Below, piece by piece: positions 19,854 through 29,171 of a stretch of 56,026 nucleotides of DNA. The translations under genes were made by a program, and so were the position numbers. Position 1 is the first letter of the stretch. Every line of letters starts with the position of its first letter. Under the pieces are notes generated by a model. That model did no database searches, was not told the DNA's origin, and worked only from the letters and a program-made list of their open reading frames with translations. Source of the DNA: Bacilli bacterium (GTDB lineage: Bacteria > Bacillota_I > Bacilli_A > ML615J-28 > CAG-698); assembly GCA_016296945.1 (NCBI GenBank), contig JAEDHQ010000002.1:1-56026 (forward strand). Direction: 5' to 3'.

Positions 19854-20752
19854 TGAAACGCTTTATGAAAATCCCATTATTTAATACTTTCAAAAATTGT
19901 AATTATCTATTCTTACATAATAATAACTATGTAAGTAGTAATATAAATCAAAAAGATTTAAATTTCTTAAATGATCTTGAAATAACTATTTATCATTTGT
20001 TGGATAAAGATTGTAATCTTAATTATACATTTAAGCAAGGAATTAATGTGAAAATTACAGAAGTCAATTATTATAATGGTAATCTAAAAATTACAAAAGA
20101 AATCAATTGTTTAGATAATTCTCATATTTCTTTAATTACAATTGAGGAAAGTGAAGATTTAGATTGTAATATTTGTGTTAATGTAAATACAAATATTTTA
20201 AAGAATGCATATCTTGATAGTAAGAAATTAGCTATTTTAAAAAGTAATATAAAGTATGATGAAGAAACATTATTATCAGGTAAAAGAGCTAATACTGAAG
20301 CAATGAATGTTTTGGTTAATAATTATTGTAAACATCAAGAATTTAATTTAGTTAGCAAACATATATCAGTAGAATCTGAATCAAAGATGACTAACTTTGG
20401 CATTTGTAAAGGAAAATCAGTGTTAGATATTAACACTAATGGCTATGTTGTTAGAAATGCAAGTAAGAGTGTGATTTCTCAAAAAACAAAAGGAATTTTA
20501 CTAGATTTTGAAGCAGTGATTAGTGCTAACCCGTGGTTACAGATTGATGACTATGATTGTCTAGCCTCTCATGGGGCCGGAATCGGTTCAATTGACGATG
20601 AAGAATTATATTATTTGATGAGTCGTGGTTTAACTGAATCTGAAAGTAGTCGTTTAATTATTAATGGTTTTGTAAATCCAATTTTTCAAGAAATTAATAA
20701 TAAAGAATTAAAAGAAGAGTTAATTAATTTAAATATTTTAAATGATAAATAA
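19853..20752 (+). CDS. sufD: Fe-S cluster assembly protein SufD (short form)
   Basis: C-terminal SufBD block 'ASHGAGIGSIDDEELYYLMSRGL'. The start overlaps the sufC stop (TAATG). At 299 aa it is shorter than the ~430 aa I recall for Bacillus/E. coli SufD. Confidence 0.8.
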   Translation: MKRFMKIPLFNTFKNCNYLFLHNNNYVSSNINQKDLNFLNDLEITIYHLLDKDCNLNYTFKQGINVKITEVNYYNGNLKITKEINCLDNSHISLITIEESEDLDCNICVNVNTNILKNAYLDSKKLAILKSNIKYDEETLLSGKRANTEAMNVLVNNYCKHQEFNLVSKHISVESESKMTNFGICKGKSVLDINTNGYVVRNASKSVISQKTKGILLDFEAVISANPWLQIDDYDCLASHGAGIGSIDDEELYYLMSRGLTESESSRLIINGFVNPIFQEINNKELKEELINLNILNDK

Positions 20753-20781
20753 ATAAAGAAATTCGAATGGTAGGTGAGAAC

Positions 20782-22005
20782 ATGGATGCTTATAAATTAC
20801 GTGAAGACTTTTTAATATATAAAAATAATCCTGATTTAGTATATATGGATACGGGTGCAACATCATTAAAACCATTCCGTGTTTTAGCAAAAATGAATGA
20901 ATATTATTATGATTATGGAGTTAACATTCATCGTGGTGTTTATAAATTAAGTTATCTTGCTACAGATCAATATGATTTAGCTCGTAATAAAATTGCAAAA
21001 TTTATTAATGCAAAAGATGAAGAAATTGTGTTCTTACGTAATGCGAGTGAAGCATTAAATTTTGTTAGTTTAACTTATGGAGAAGCAAACTTAACAGAAG
21101 GAGATGAAGTGATTACATCTGAACTTGATCATCACTCATGTTTCTTACCATGGATGAAGATTTGTGAGAAAAAGAAAGCAATATTAAAATATATTCCTCT
21201 AACTGAAGATGGACGAGTTACGATTGAAAATTTCAAGAAAGTATTAAGTAATAAAACTAAAGTTGTTGCTATTCACTACTATTCTAATGTTTTTGGATTT
21301 AGAAGCCCAATAGAAGAAATCATTAAACTAGCCCATGAAGTAGGAGCTATTGTTATTGTTGATGCTGCACAAGCGGTTGCTCATACTAAAGTTGATGTTA
21401 AAGAATTAGATTGTGACTTTCTAGCTTTTTCTGGGCATAAAATGTTAGGCCCAATGGGAATTGGCATTTTATACGGCAAGAAAAAAATTTTGAAAAAGTT
21501 AGATCCACTATATTATGGTGGTGATATGAATGATGAAGTATCTAAAAATAAAGTAGAAGTCAAAGAAATTCCTTATCGTTTTGAAACGGGAACACCTGCT
21601 GTTGCGGAAGCAATTGGTTTAGGGGAAGCAGTAGATTATATAAATGAATTAGGATTAGAAAATATTCATAAATATACTAAAGATTTATACAACTACACAA
21701 TTGAAAAGTTACAGAATATTAAAGGTATTACAATTTATAATAAAAACCCAGAACTACCAATTATTGCTTTCAATATTAATGGGGTTCATCCACATGATGC
21801 CGCAACATTGTTTGATGAAGCAAACATTTGTTTAAGAGCAGGCCACCACTGTGCCCAACTCTTAACAAAATGGTTAGGCGTTACAGGAACACTGAGAGGT
21901 TCTTTTTATATCTATAATACAATTGAAGATTGTGATAAATTTATTAATACAGTTATTGATGCAGTAAAATTCTTTGAAAAAATAAATGGTGAAAGTTATG
22001 AATGA
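20782..22005 (+). CDS. sufS: Cysteine desulfurase SufS
   Basis: PLP lysine context 'FSGHKMLGPMGIG' and active-site 'RAGHHCAQ'. The ATG at 20782 follows AGGTGA. The ORF is open from 20767. Confidence 0.92.
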   Translation: MDAYKLREDFLIYKNNPDLVYMDTGATSLKPFRVLAKMNEYYYDYGVNIHRGVYKLSYLATDQYDLARNKIAKFINAKDEEIVFLRNASEALNFVSLTYGEANLTEGDEVITSELDHHSCFLPWMKICEKKKAILKYIPLTEDGRVTIENFKKVLSNKTKVVAIHYYSNVFGFRSPIEEIIKLAHEVGAIVIVDAAQAVAHTKVDVKELDCDFLAFSGHKMLGPMGIGILYGKKKILKKLDPLYYGGDMNDEVSKNKVEVKEIPYRFETGTPAVAEAIGLGEAVDYINELGLENIHKYTKDLYNYTIEKLQNIKGITIYNKNPELPIIAFNINGVHPHDAATLFDEANICLRAGHHCAQLLTKWLGVTGTLRGSFYIYNTIEDCDKFINTVIDAVKFFEKINGESYE

Positions 22006-22438
22006 TAAATATAAAATCGATTTAGAATCTTTATATCGTCAAGTAATTATGGATCATTATAAAAATCCTCGCAATAAGGGATTAGTTGGCTGGCCTCATG
22101 TCCATATCAAAAATCCTTCATGTGGTGATGATATTACAATTGAAGCATTAGTTGAAGATGGTGTTGTGAAAAAGATTCATCATCAAGGAACAGGTTGCAG
22201 TATTTGCTGTTCTTCTGCTTCTGTTTTATCAGAAACATTAGAAGGAAAAACTGTTGAAGAAGCAAATGAACTAATTGAAGAATTCTTTGAAATGGTTAAA
22301 GGAAAAGAAAATCCTAATGAAGAATTAGAAGAAGCTTTAGTTTATCAAGGGGTAGCAAAATTCCCAGCACGTATTAAATGTGCCACAATTTCTTGGAAAG
22401 CATTGCAAAGACTTCTTAATGGTGATGAAGATGAATGA
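21998..22438 (+). CDS. sufU: Fe-S cluster scaffold/sulfur-transfer protein SufU
   Basis: 'HYKNPRN', 'NPSCGD' and '[10 protein letters not shown]' motifs. The ATG at 21998 overlaps the sufS end. The ORF is open from 21986. Confidence 0.9.
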   Translation: MNDKYKIDLESLYRQVIMDHYKNPRNKGLVGWPHVHIKNPSCGDDITIEALVEDGVVKKIHHQGTGCSICCSSASVLSETLEGKTVEEANELIEEFFEMVKGKENPNEELEEALVYQGVAKFPARIKCATISWKALQRLLNGDEDE

Positions 22439-23837
22439 TCGTAATGATATTAATAAAATCATTGGTGATTATAAATATGGTTTTCATACAGAAGTAGAAG
22501 ATGTCTTAACAACAGGAAAAGGTTTAAGTAGAGAAGTTGTAGAAAAGATATCAGAATTTAAAAATGAACCTACTTGGATGAAAGATATTCGCATTAAAGC
22601 ATATGAAAAATTTGCTAGTATGCCACAACCTTCTTTTGGACCTAATTTAGATTTTCTTGATTTTAATGATTATACATATTATATTAAAACAAGTAAACAG
22701 GTTGAAAAAAGTTGGGATGATGTTCCTGATAATATCAAAAAAACATTTGACAAATTAGGATTACCAGAAGCAGAAAAGAAATATTTAGGTGGTTTATCAA
22801 CACAATTTGAATCAGAAGTTGTTTATCATAACACATTAGTTGAACTTGAAAAACTAGGAGTTCTCTTTTGTGATACTGATACTGCTTTAAAAAAATATCC
22901 AGAGATTGTAAAAGAATATTTTGGGAAAGTAGTACCTTATACAGATAATAAATACGCAGCTTTAAATACTGCTGTCTGGAGTGGTGGATCTTTTATTTAT
23001 GTACCAAAAGGCGTAAAATTAGAAAAACCATTACAATCATATTTTAGAATTAATAGTGAACAAATGGGGCAATTTGAAAGAACATTAATTATTGTTGATG
23101 AAGGTGCAAGCCTAAATTATGTTGAAGGATGTACTGCTCCAATCTATTCAAAAGATTCACTACATGCCGCAATCGTTGAAATTTATGTCCGTGACCATGG
23201 TTATTGTCGTTATTCTACAGTCCAAAACTGGAGTAATAATATTGTTAATTTGGTTACTAAACGAGCAAAATGTGAAAGTTATGCTCATATGGAATGGATC
23301 GATGGAAACATTGGATCAATGGTTAATATGAAATATCCTGCTTGTATTTTAGCAGGTGATCACGCGAAAGGAACAACTGTATCAATTGCTTTTGCGGGAG
23401 CAGGACAATATCAAGATACAGGTGCGAAGATGATTCATTTAGCTCCAAATACATCAAGTACAATTATTTCAAAATCAATTTGTCGTGGTGGGGGAGTTGT
23501 AAATTACCGTGGTGCTGTGAAGCATAGTAAGAATGCTACAAACGCTAAAAGCCATGTAGAATGTGATACTATTATCTTAGATAATATTTCTAAAAGTGAT
23601 ACAATTCCTTTAAATGTTGTAAGCAATAAAACAAGTCGCATTGAACATGAAGCAACTGTATCAAAAGTATCTGAAGAGCAAATGTTTTATTTAATGAGTC
23701 GAGGATTAACTTCTTCTCAAGCATTAGAGATGATTGTTATGGGCTTTATTGAACCATTCTCCAAAGAATTACCAATGGAATATGCCGTTGAACTAAATCA
23801 ATTAATTAAATTAGAAATGACTGGTTCGATTGGTTAA
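22431..23837 (+). CDS. sufB: Fe-S cluster assembly protein SufB
   Basis: Highly conserved SufB blocks ('YVEGCTAP', '[21 protein letters not shown]'). The likely start is the ATG at 22431 (or 22425), overlapping the sufU stop. The ORF is open from 22380. Confidence 0.95.
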   Translation: MNDRNDINKIIGDYKYGFHTEVEDVLTTGKGLSREVVEKISEFKNEPTWMKDIRIKAYEKFASMPQPSFGPNLDFLDFNDYTYYIKTSKQVEKSWDDVPDNIKKTFDKLGLPEAEKKYLGGLSTQFESEVVYHNTLVELEKLGVLFCDTDTALKKYPEIVKEYFGKVVPYTDNKYAALNTAVWSGGSFIYVPKGVKLEKPLQSYFRINSEQMGQFERTLIIVDEGASLNYVEGCTAPIYSKDSLHAAIVEIYVRDHGYCRYSTVQNWSNNIVNLVTKRAKCESYAHMEWIDGNIGSMVNMKYPACILAGDHAKGTTVSIAFAGAGQYQDTGAKMIHLAPNTSSTIISKSICRGGGVVNYRGAVKHSKNATNAKSHVECDTIILDNISKSDTIPLNVVSNKTSRIEHEATVSKVSEEQMFYLMSRGLTSSQALEMIVMGFIEPFSKELPMEYAVELNQLIKLEMTGSIG

Positions 23838-23850
23838 TGATATTAAAAAA

Positions 23851-23877
23851 GCAGTAGAAAAAAATCTATTGCTTTTT
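23851..23877 (+). terminator. Terminator after the suf operon
   Basis: 8-bp stem gcagtaga/tctattgc with an A6 loop, then a T-run. Confidence 0.7.
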
Positions 23878-24064
23878 GTATTTTAGGTATGGATAATAAC
23901 ATAAAGAAGATAGTTCATAGAGACAAGAGTTAATTATAAGAATAGTATATACAAGAAGTAGTTATAAAAAAGGAATAGATCGTCTAACCCTAAGTAATAG
24001 AAAATATTAACCTTGAAGTAAAGAGACTTAAATCTATAAAAGATTATTATGTTTCTTTCCTTCT

Positions 24065-24092
24065 TTGAAAAAAAAGAATATTATGGTATAAT
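24065..24092 (+). promoter_or_regulatory. Extended -10 promoter
   Basis: TTGAAA, a 16-nt spacer, then TGgTATAAT. This places the transcription start downstream of the first ATG (24049) of the ORF. Confidence 0.5.
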
Positions 24093-24111
24093 CATTTATA
24101 ATGGTGATACT

Positions 24112-24936
24112 ATGAGTTACTTAAGAATATTTAATTTACAATTTAATAAATATCAATTCACTACAACATTTGAAGAAAACATCGTATATGGAGTCTATTG
24201 TCCTTGTGAAGAGGTCAGAACACAATTTCTTAAATTAATTACAGGAATTAATAATTCTTTTAAAGCTGTTTTGTATAATGACAATGAAGCATTTGAAAAT
24301 AAAGAATATTTTAGAAAGCGATTATATATAGATTTTAAAAATAAATATTTAAAAACATTAAATGCAAATGTAATTAAGGAAGCCATTAATATGCGTTTTC
24401 AAAAAGAATTTAATATTAAGAATTATAAAGATGCCGTTACAATGACAAATATTCGTAGTGAGGTAAAACTTACAAATGAATACTCATTTACTATGCAAGG
24501 AGTAACTTTATCAAGTTATTGCTTATTTAAAGGATTGAATTACCAATATAATATTATTGATAATCCAACATTTAATATTACAAATCCAGATCTTAAGAAG
24601 AAAATTTATCTGAATATATGTAAAAAAGAATTAAATCCAATCATTACTTTTGATAACTTAACAGATGCAAAACAGTATTGTGATAAGTTGATTGTTATTG
24701 GAGATTTTCCTCATCTCTATCAAATTGATCTAAAAAATGATTCTTTTATGCTTTCTGATGATAATATAATTTTGCGTAAACGAATTTTTAAAGTAAATGA
24801 TTCTGTGATTAGTATTAATACATATTCTAAAGAAGAATTGAAATATTTATCGAAAAATAAAGTAAAATACAAGTTCCTTAACTTTAGTGAAATAATTAAG
24901 TTATTAGGAGGTAATAGAAATCAAAATGAAAAATAA
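24112..24936 (+). CDS. ABC-transporter ATPase homologue with degenerate Walker A, signature and Walker B motifs
   Basis: 'GVYCPCEEVRTQFLKLITGI' aligns position-for-position with 'GxxGPNGAGKTTLLKLITGL', but the glycines and the Lys are lost. 'LSSY' replaces LSGGQ and 'IIDNPT' replaces hhhDEPT. The ATG at 24112 follows GGTGA. The ORF is open from 24049. Confidence 0.6.
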   Translation: MSYLRIFNLQFNKYQFTTTFEENIVYGVYCPCEEVRTQFLKLITGINNSFKAVLYNDNEAFENKEYFRKRLYIDFKNKYLKTLNANVIKEAINMRFQKEFNIKNYKDAVTMTNIRSEVKLTNEYSFTMQGVTLSSYCLFKGLNYQYNIIDNPTFNITNPDLKKKIYLNICKKELNPIITFDNLTDAKQYCDKLIVIGDFPHLYQIDLKNDSFMLSDDNIILRKRIFKVNDSVISINTYSKEELKYLSKNKVKYKFLNFSEIIKLLGGNRNQNEK

Positions 24937-25582
24937 AATACTTTTTAAAAATTCTTTACTATTGATAGCATTATTAGCAATAATTGGAATTATATTATAT
25001 GTATTAATAATCTTTTCATTTGATTTTGATAAACTAACTTTTGATGTTAAGTATTGCTTGATTGCGCCTATCTTTTTTATTGCGATTTTAGCGAGTGGCT
25101 TATATTCAATTGATTACTTTAAAACTACATTTTTTTATAACTTAAGTTTTGGCTTAACAAGAAAAGAAAACATGAGTAGCTATTTTAAAACAATTCTTTT
25201 AGTTTTGTTAATGTTATTAATATTTAGTTTTGTTTATTTAATTTCTATTTTTATTTATTTATTTTGTAAAGGAGTTTCTTTTACTGCTTGTTTTAAATTA
25301 ATTGTAGAATTAATAGAAATCGAAATGTTATTTGATGTCATAAGTTATTATATTTTTTGTAATGCGACCATTGCCTTTATCAGTAATTTATTAGATAAAA
25401 TCATCAAAGGTAAAGAAATTATTATCATTATTAGTTATGTGCTTATCATTAGTGTATTATTTATCCTCAATGTTATCTATAATATTCTTAATGGCAAAAT
25501 CATTTTTAATTTCTTATTCATAATCCTGGGAATTGTTCTATTTTTAATAAATTACAAAGTAACATTAAAAAAGAATTATTAA
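24926..25582 (+). CDS. Polytopic membrane protein (ABC-2-like permease partner?)
   Basis: 218 aa with about 6 hydrophobic helices. It overlaps the preceding gene by 11 nt, which suggests translational coupling. Confidence 0.5.
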   Translation: MKNKILFKNSLLLIALLAIIGIILYVLIIFSFDFDKLTFDVKYCLIAPIFFIAILASGLYSIDYFKTTFFYNLSFGLTRKENMSSYFKTILLVLLMLLIFSFVYLISIFIYLFCKGVSFTACFKLIVELIEIEMLFDVISYYIFCNATIAFISNLLDKIIKGKEIIIIISYVLIISVLFILNVIYNILNGKIIFNFLFIILGIVLFLINYKVTLKKNY

Positions 25583-25587
25583 ATTAT

Positions 25588-25633
25588 CCTAGCAAGATTG
25601 CTAATTATTTAGCACTCATGCTAGGTTTTTTTT
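25588..25633 (+). terminator. Terminator after the ABC-like pair
   Basis: Stem cctagca/tgctagg with a large loop, then T8. Confidence 0.55.
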
Positions 25634-25666
25634 CATATTTAGTAATATCTTTTCATATGATTAATT

Positions 25667-26428
25667 ATGAAAGAACAATACTTAAAAACAAATTTTGGAA
25701 AGATGTATTTATATTTATTAGATCGTAATAACAAAAAGACGATAGTTTGGCTTCATGGATGGGGTATGAGTGGAAAAGAGTTTAATAATTTTGGGGATGA
25801 ATTACTTGAATATAATCATCTGTTTTTAGATTTGATGGGATTTGGAAAGAGTGAAGAACCTTGTATCGCAATGACATTAGATGATTATGTATTAATCTTA
25901 AAAAATATTATCGAAACATTAGAATTAGAAGATATATATTTAGTTGGTCATTCATTTGGTGGAAGAATTGCCATTAGTTATGCTTCTCAATATCAAAATG
26001 AGTCCTTAAAAAAAGTATTTTTAGTTAGCGCTAAAGCATTTAAAAATAAAAGCATTACATGTAAACTAAAGATTATTAGATATAAAATAAAAAAGAAATT
26101 CTATTTTATCTTTAATAAAAAAAGATATCACCAATTAATTAATAATAGTGGTTCAAGTGATTACAAAAGTGCTACAAAAATAATGAAGGAGACTTTAAAA
26201 AATATTGTTAACAAGGATTTAAAAAAAGAGTTACAAGAAATTAATTGTAAATGTATTGTTTTAGGAAGTGTTAATGATAGAACTGTAGATTATCATGAAA
26301 CTTTAAAGATCTATCATGCACTTAAAATAAGCAAAATATATCCCTTTTATCAAGCAAATCATTTTTTATACAAGGAAGAAAGAACAAAATTTATCAAAAT
26401 ATTATATAAAGAATTAGGAAGTAATTAG
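25667..26428 (+). CDS. Alpha/beta hydrolase
   Basis: 'VWLHGWG' and nucleophile elbow 'GHSFGG'. Confidence 0.8.
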   Translation: MKEQYLKTNFGKMYLYLLDRNNKKTIVWLHGWGMSGKEFNNFGDELLEYNHLFLDLMGFGKSEEPCIAMTLDDYVLILKNIIETLELEDIYLVGHSFGGRIAISYASQYQNESLKKVFLVSAKAFKNKSITCKLKIIRYKIKKKFYFIFNKKRYHQLINNSGSSDYKSATKIMKETLKNIVNKDLKKELQEINCKCIVLGSVNDRTVDYHETLKIYHALKISKIYPFYQANHFLYKEERTKFIKILYKELGSN

Positions 26429-26429
26429 A

Positions 26430-27902
26430 ATGATTATATATTTTTTTCTTTCATTATTTTGTTTATATTATATTTTTCTTTATCTTCAAGAGTATCATTA
26501 TCATTTTTATGGATTTATTGAAATTATAAAAAAAGGATTAAAGGATAAACTTAGTTATATATTGTTAATTAGCTTTTTAGGATTAATACATTATGATTTT
26601 TCAACTTCTAAAATAATAAATTTAATAATTATAATTTGTTATTGTTTTTTTATTATATTAAAAATAGAAGAAAAACAAATCTTAAAACTTAAATTCACAA
26701 AAAGGATTATTAGAAACCTTTTTATAAATCTATTTTTCTATTTTTTGGGATATCTTTTCTTTTACCGTTTTGTTTGTTTATTGCCACTTCTATCTTTATT
26801 AATTTCTTTTATTTCTTTTTTAATATTAGTTCCGGTTGAGGAAATAATCAAAAAATATTATTATCATAAAGCAAGAAAAAAAATATCAAAAATAAATCCT
26901 TTAGTGATTGCAATTACAGGCAGTGCTGGTAAAACAAGTATCAAACATTTCTTATATCATATATTAAAAGAAAAATATCATTGCTTTATGACTAAAGGAT
27001 CTGTGAATACAGCAAATGGAATTGCAAAAGCAATTAATTTGGAAATGAATGATTTATGCGAAATTGCTATTATTGAGTGTGGTGTTAGTCATGTTAATGA
27101 TATAAGTGAAATATTAAAGATTATTAATTGCAATAAAGCAAATATGATTACTATTATAAGCACAATTTTTCCTCAACATTTAGAAACTATAAAAAGTTTT
27201 GATTTATTAGTCAAAGAAAAAGCAAAACTAGCTCAGGGTAAACTGCATATAGGTTTAAAAGGGATAATTAATGAATTATATAATAGTGATGCAAAAATAA
27301 CAAAAATAATTGGAATAGATCCATTTTTAATAGACTATAAAATAGGAAAATCATTTAAATTTAGTTTAGATAATAAGGAATATAATTATCAATGTAACGT
27401 TTTAGGAAGAAACAATATTACGAATATTTTATTCAGTATTACGATTGCTAGATTTCTTGGATTAAAAATGAAATATATTGAATCACGAGTAAGAACATTA
27501 GAAAATGTTAATAATCGATTAAAAATAAGAAAGTTAGAATCTTTTAATAAAATAATCATTGATGATAGTTTTAATAGTAATTTTAATGGTTTTTGGGATG
27601 CCTTAGAAGTATTAAGTTCATATAATGATAAAAGTTGTGTAATAACCCCAGGAATTGTAAGTGGTGGAAAATATATTAAAGAGTACAATCAGAAGATAGC
27701 TTTAAAGATAATGGAAGTAGCCGATAAATGCTTTTTAGTAGAAAGTGTTGTTAGTGGATATATTAAAGAAATATTTGATGAAAAGTTATATGATTATTAT
27801 TATGTTGCTAGTTTTCAAGAAGCATATAAAATGGCAATTGAAGATTATCAAGTAAATTCTATTTTAATTGAGAATGATATTCCAGATATCTATAAAAAAT
27901 AA
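26430..27902 (+). CDS. MurF-type Mur ligase (UDP-MurNAc-tripeptide--D-Ala-D-Ala ligase-like) with an N-terminal 5-TM membrane domain
   Basis: Mur-ligase P-loop 'VIAITGSAGKTS', 'IIECGVSH', 'FPQHLE' and the MurF-type C-terminal 'IIDDSFNSN'. The first ~140 aa are five hydrophobic helices instead of the soluble MurF domain 1. Confidence 0.7.
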   Translation: MIIYFFLSLFCLYYIFLYLQEYHYHFYGFIEIIKKGLKDKLSYILLISFLGLIHYDFSTSKIINLIIIICYCFFIILKIEEKQILKLKFTKRIIRNLFINLFFYFLGYLFFYRFVCLLPLLSLLISFISFLILVPVEEIIKKYYYHKARKKISKINPLVIAITGSAGKTSIKHFLYHILKEKYHCFMTKGSVNTANGIAKAINLEMNDLCEIAIIECGVSHVNDISEILKIINCNKANMITIISTIFPQHLETIKSFDLLVKEKAKLAQGKLHIGLKGIINELYNSDAKITKIIGIDPFLIDYKIGKSFKFSLDNKEYNYQCNVLGRNNITNILFSITIARFLGLKMKYIESRVRTLENVNNRLKIRKLESFNKIIIDDSFNSNFNGFWDALEVLSSYNDKSCVITPGIVSGGKYIKEYNQKIALKIMEVADKCFLVESVVSGYIKEIFDEKLYDYYYVASFQEAYKMAIEDYQVNSILIENDIPDIYKK

Positions 27903-27922
27903 TAAAATGAAAGGATAATAAA

Positions 27923-29038
27923 ATGATAAATGTTTTAATTTTATTTGGAGGTAAATCAGTTGAGCATGATATTTCAATTATTACATACACACAAGTTATT
28001 TGTGCGATTGATTTAAAGAAATATAATGTGAAAAGTGTATATTTAGATCAAGATAATAATTTCTATTTATTAAAAAAAGACATTAAATTTGATGGAGATA
28101 TTAAAGATATAATTGACAAGAAGAATTTAATAAAGTGTTGTTTTAAAAAGAAATATCAAAAGAAAATCAATAAATATCTAGTCTATTGCAATAATTATCT
28201 TGTTGATGTTGTTATAAACTGTGTACATGGGAAAGGATTAGAAGATGGAACATTAAGTGGATATTTTGATTTATTAAATGTAAGCTATACTAATAGTAAT
28301 TTATTAAGTAGTTGTATTTTTCATAATAAATTTTATACAAAATTGATTTTAAATAAATATAATATCAAAACTATTGATTATGAATATATTACAAAATATG
28401 AATGGATTAATTATCAGCAAGAAACAATTAAAAGATTGAATAGATTTGGGGAGATGATTGTAAAACCATCTAATTTAGGATCTAGTGTAGGAGTAAATAT
28501 AGCTGATAAAACAAACATAATTCAAATGATTGATAATGGATTTTTGTATGATGATGGAATTATTGTAGAAAAAAAACTCAAGAGATTTTTAGAATATAAT
28601 CAAGCAGTATATAAAATAAATAATGAGCTTATAATTTCTAAAATTGAGGAAGTTAAGAACAATTCTAGTGTTTATGATTTTATTGATAAATACGAAAATA
28701 GCGATATAACACGAATTTGTCCTGCAAAGATAAGTAATCAGCTTCGCAATAAACTTACAAAAATAACAAAGAAAATCGGGCAAATAGCTAATTCTAAAGG
28801 AGTAATCAGAATAGATTATTTATACGATTTAGATGAAGAAATCATTTATTTAAATGAAATAAATGTGATACCAGGAGCTTTAAGTTTTTATTTGTTTGAA
28901 GCAAAAAATATTTATTTTCCATCTTTGATTGATGATTTAATTAAGGAAGCAATTAAAGATAACGAAAGACAAAATGAACTAGTTACAACATTTAAATCAA
29001 ATGTTTTAGAATCTAGAAAAAGAAATAAATTAAAATAA
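27923..29038 (+). CDS. ddl: D-alanine--D-alanine ligase
   Basis: 'ILFGGKSVEHDISI', 'HGKGLEDGTLSGYF', 'VYDFIDKY' and 'LNEINVIPGA' ATP-grasp Ddl motifs. Confidence 0.88.
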   Translation: MINVLILFGGKSVEHDISIITYTQVICAIDLKKYNVKSVYLDQDNNFYLLKKDIKFDGDIKDIIDKKNLIKCCFKKKYQKKINKYLVYCNNYLVDVVINCVHGKGLEDGTLSGYFDLLNVSYTNSNLLSSCIFHNKFYTKLILNKYNIKTIDYEYITKYEWINYQQETIKRLNRFGEMIVKPSNLGSSVGVNIADKTNIIQMIDNGFLYDDGIIVEKKLKRFLEYNQAVYKINNELIISKIEEVKNNSSVYDFIDKYENSDITRICPAKISNQLRNKLTKITKKIGQIANSKGVIRIDYLYDLDEEIIYLNEINVIPGALSFYLFEAKNIYFPSLIDDLIKEAIKDNERQNELVTTFKSNVLESRKRNKLK

Positions 29039-29062
29039 GCAAGGAGTTTTCTTTGCTTTTTT
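29037..29062 (+). terminator. Terminator after ddl
   Basis: Stem aagcaagg/ctttgctt with a 6-nt loop, then a T-run. Confidence 0.7.
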
Positions 29063-29171
29063 AATATTTTAGGATTGTTATCATTAATTGCATTTATCAA
29101 TTGATAAAAATAATACTTTTAAATTAGATAAAAAAGTGGTAAAATAACTATATTGATTATATTGGTGGATT

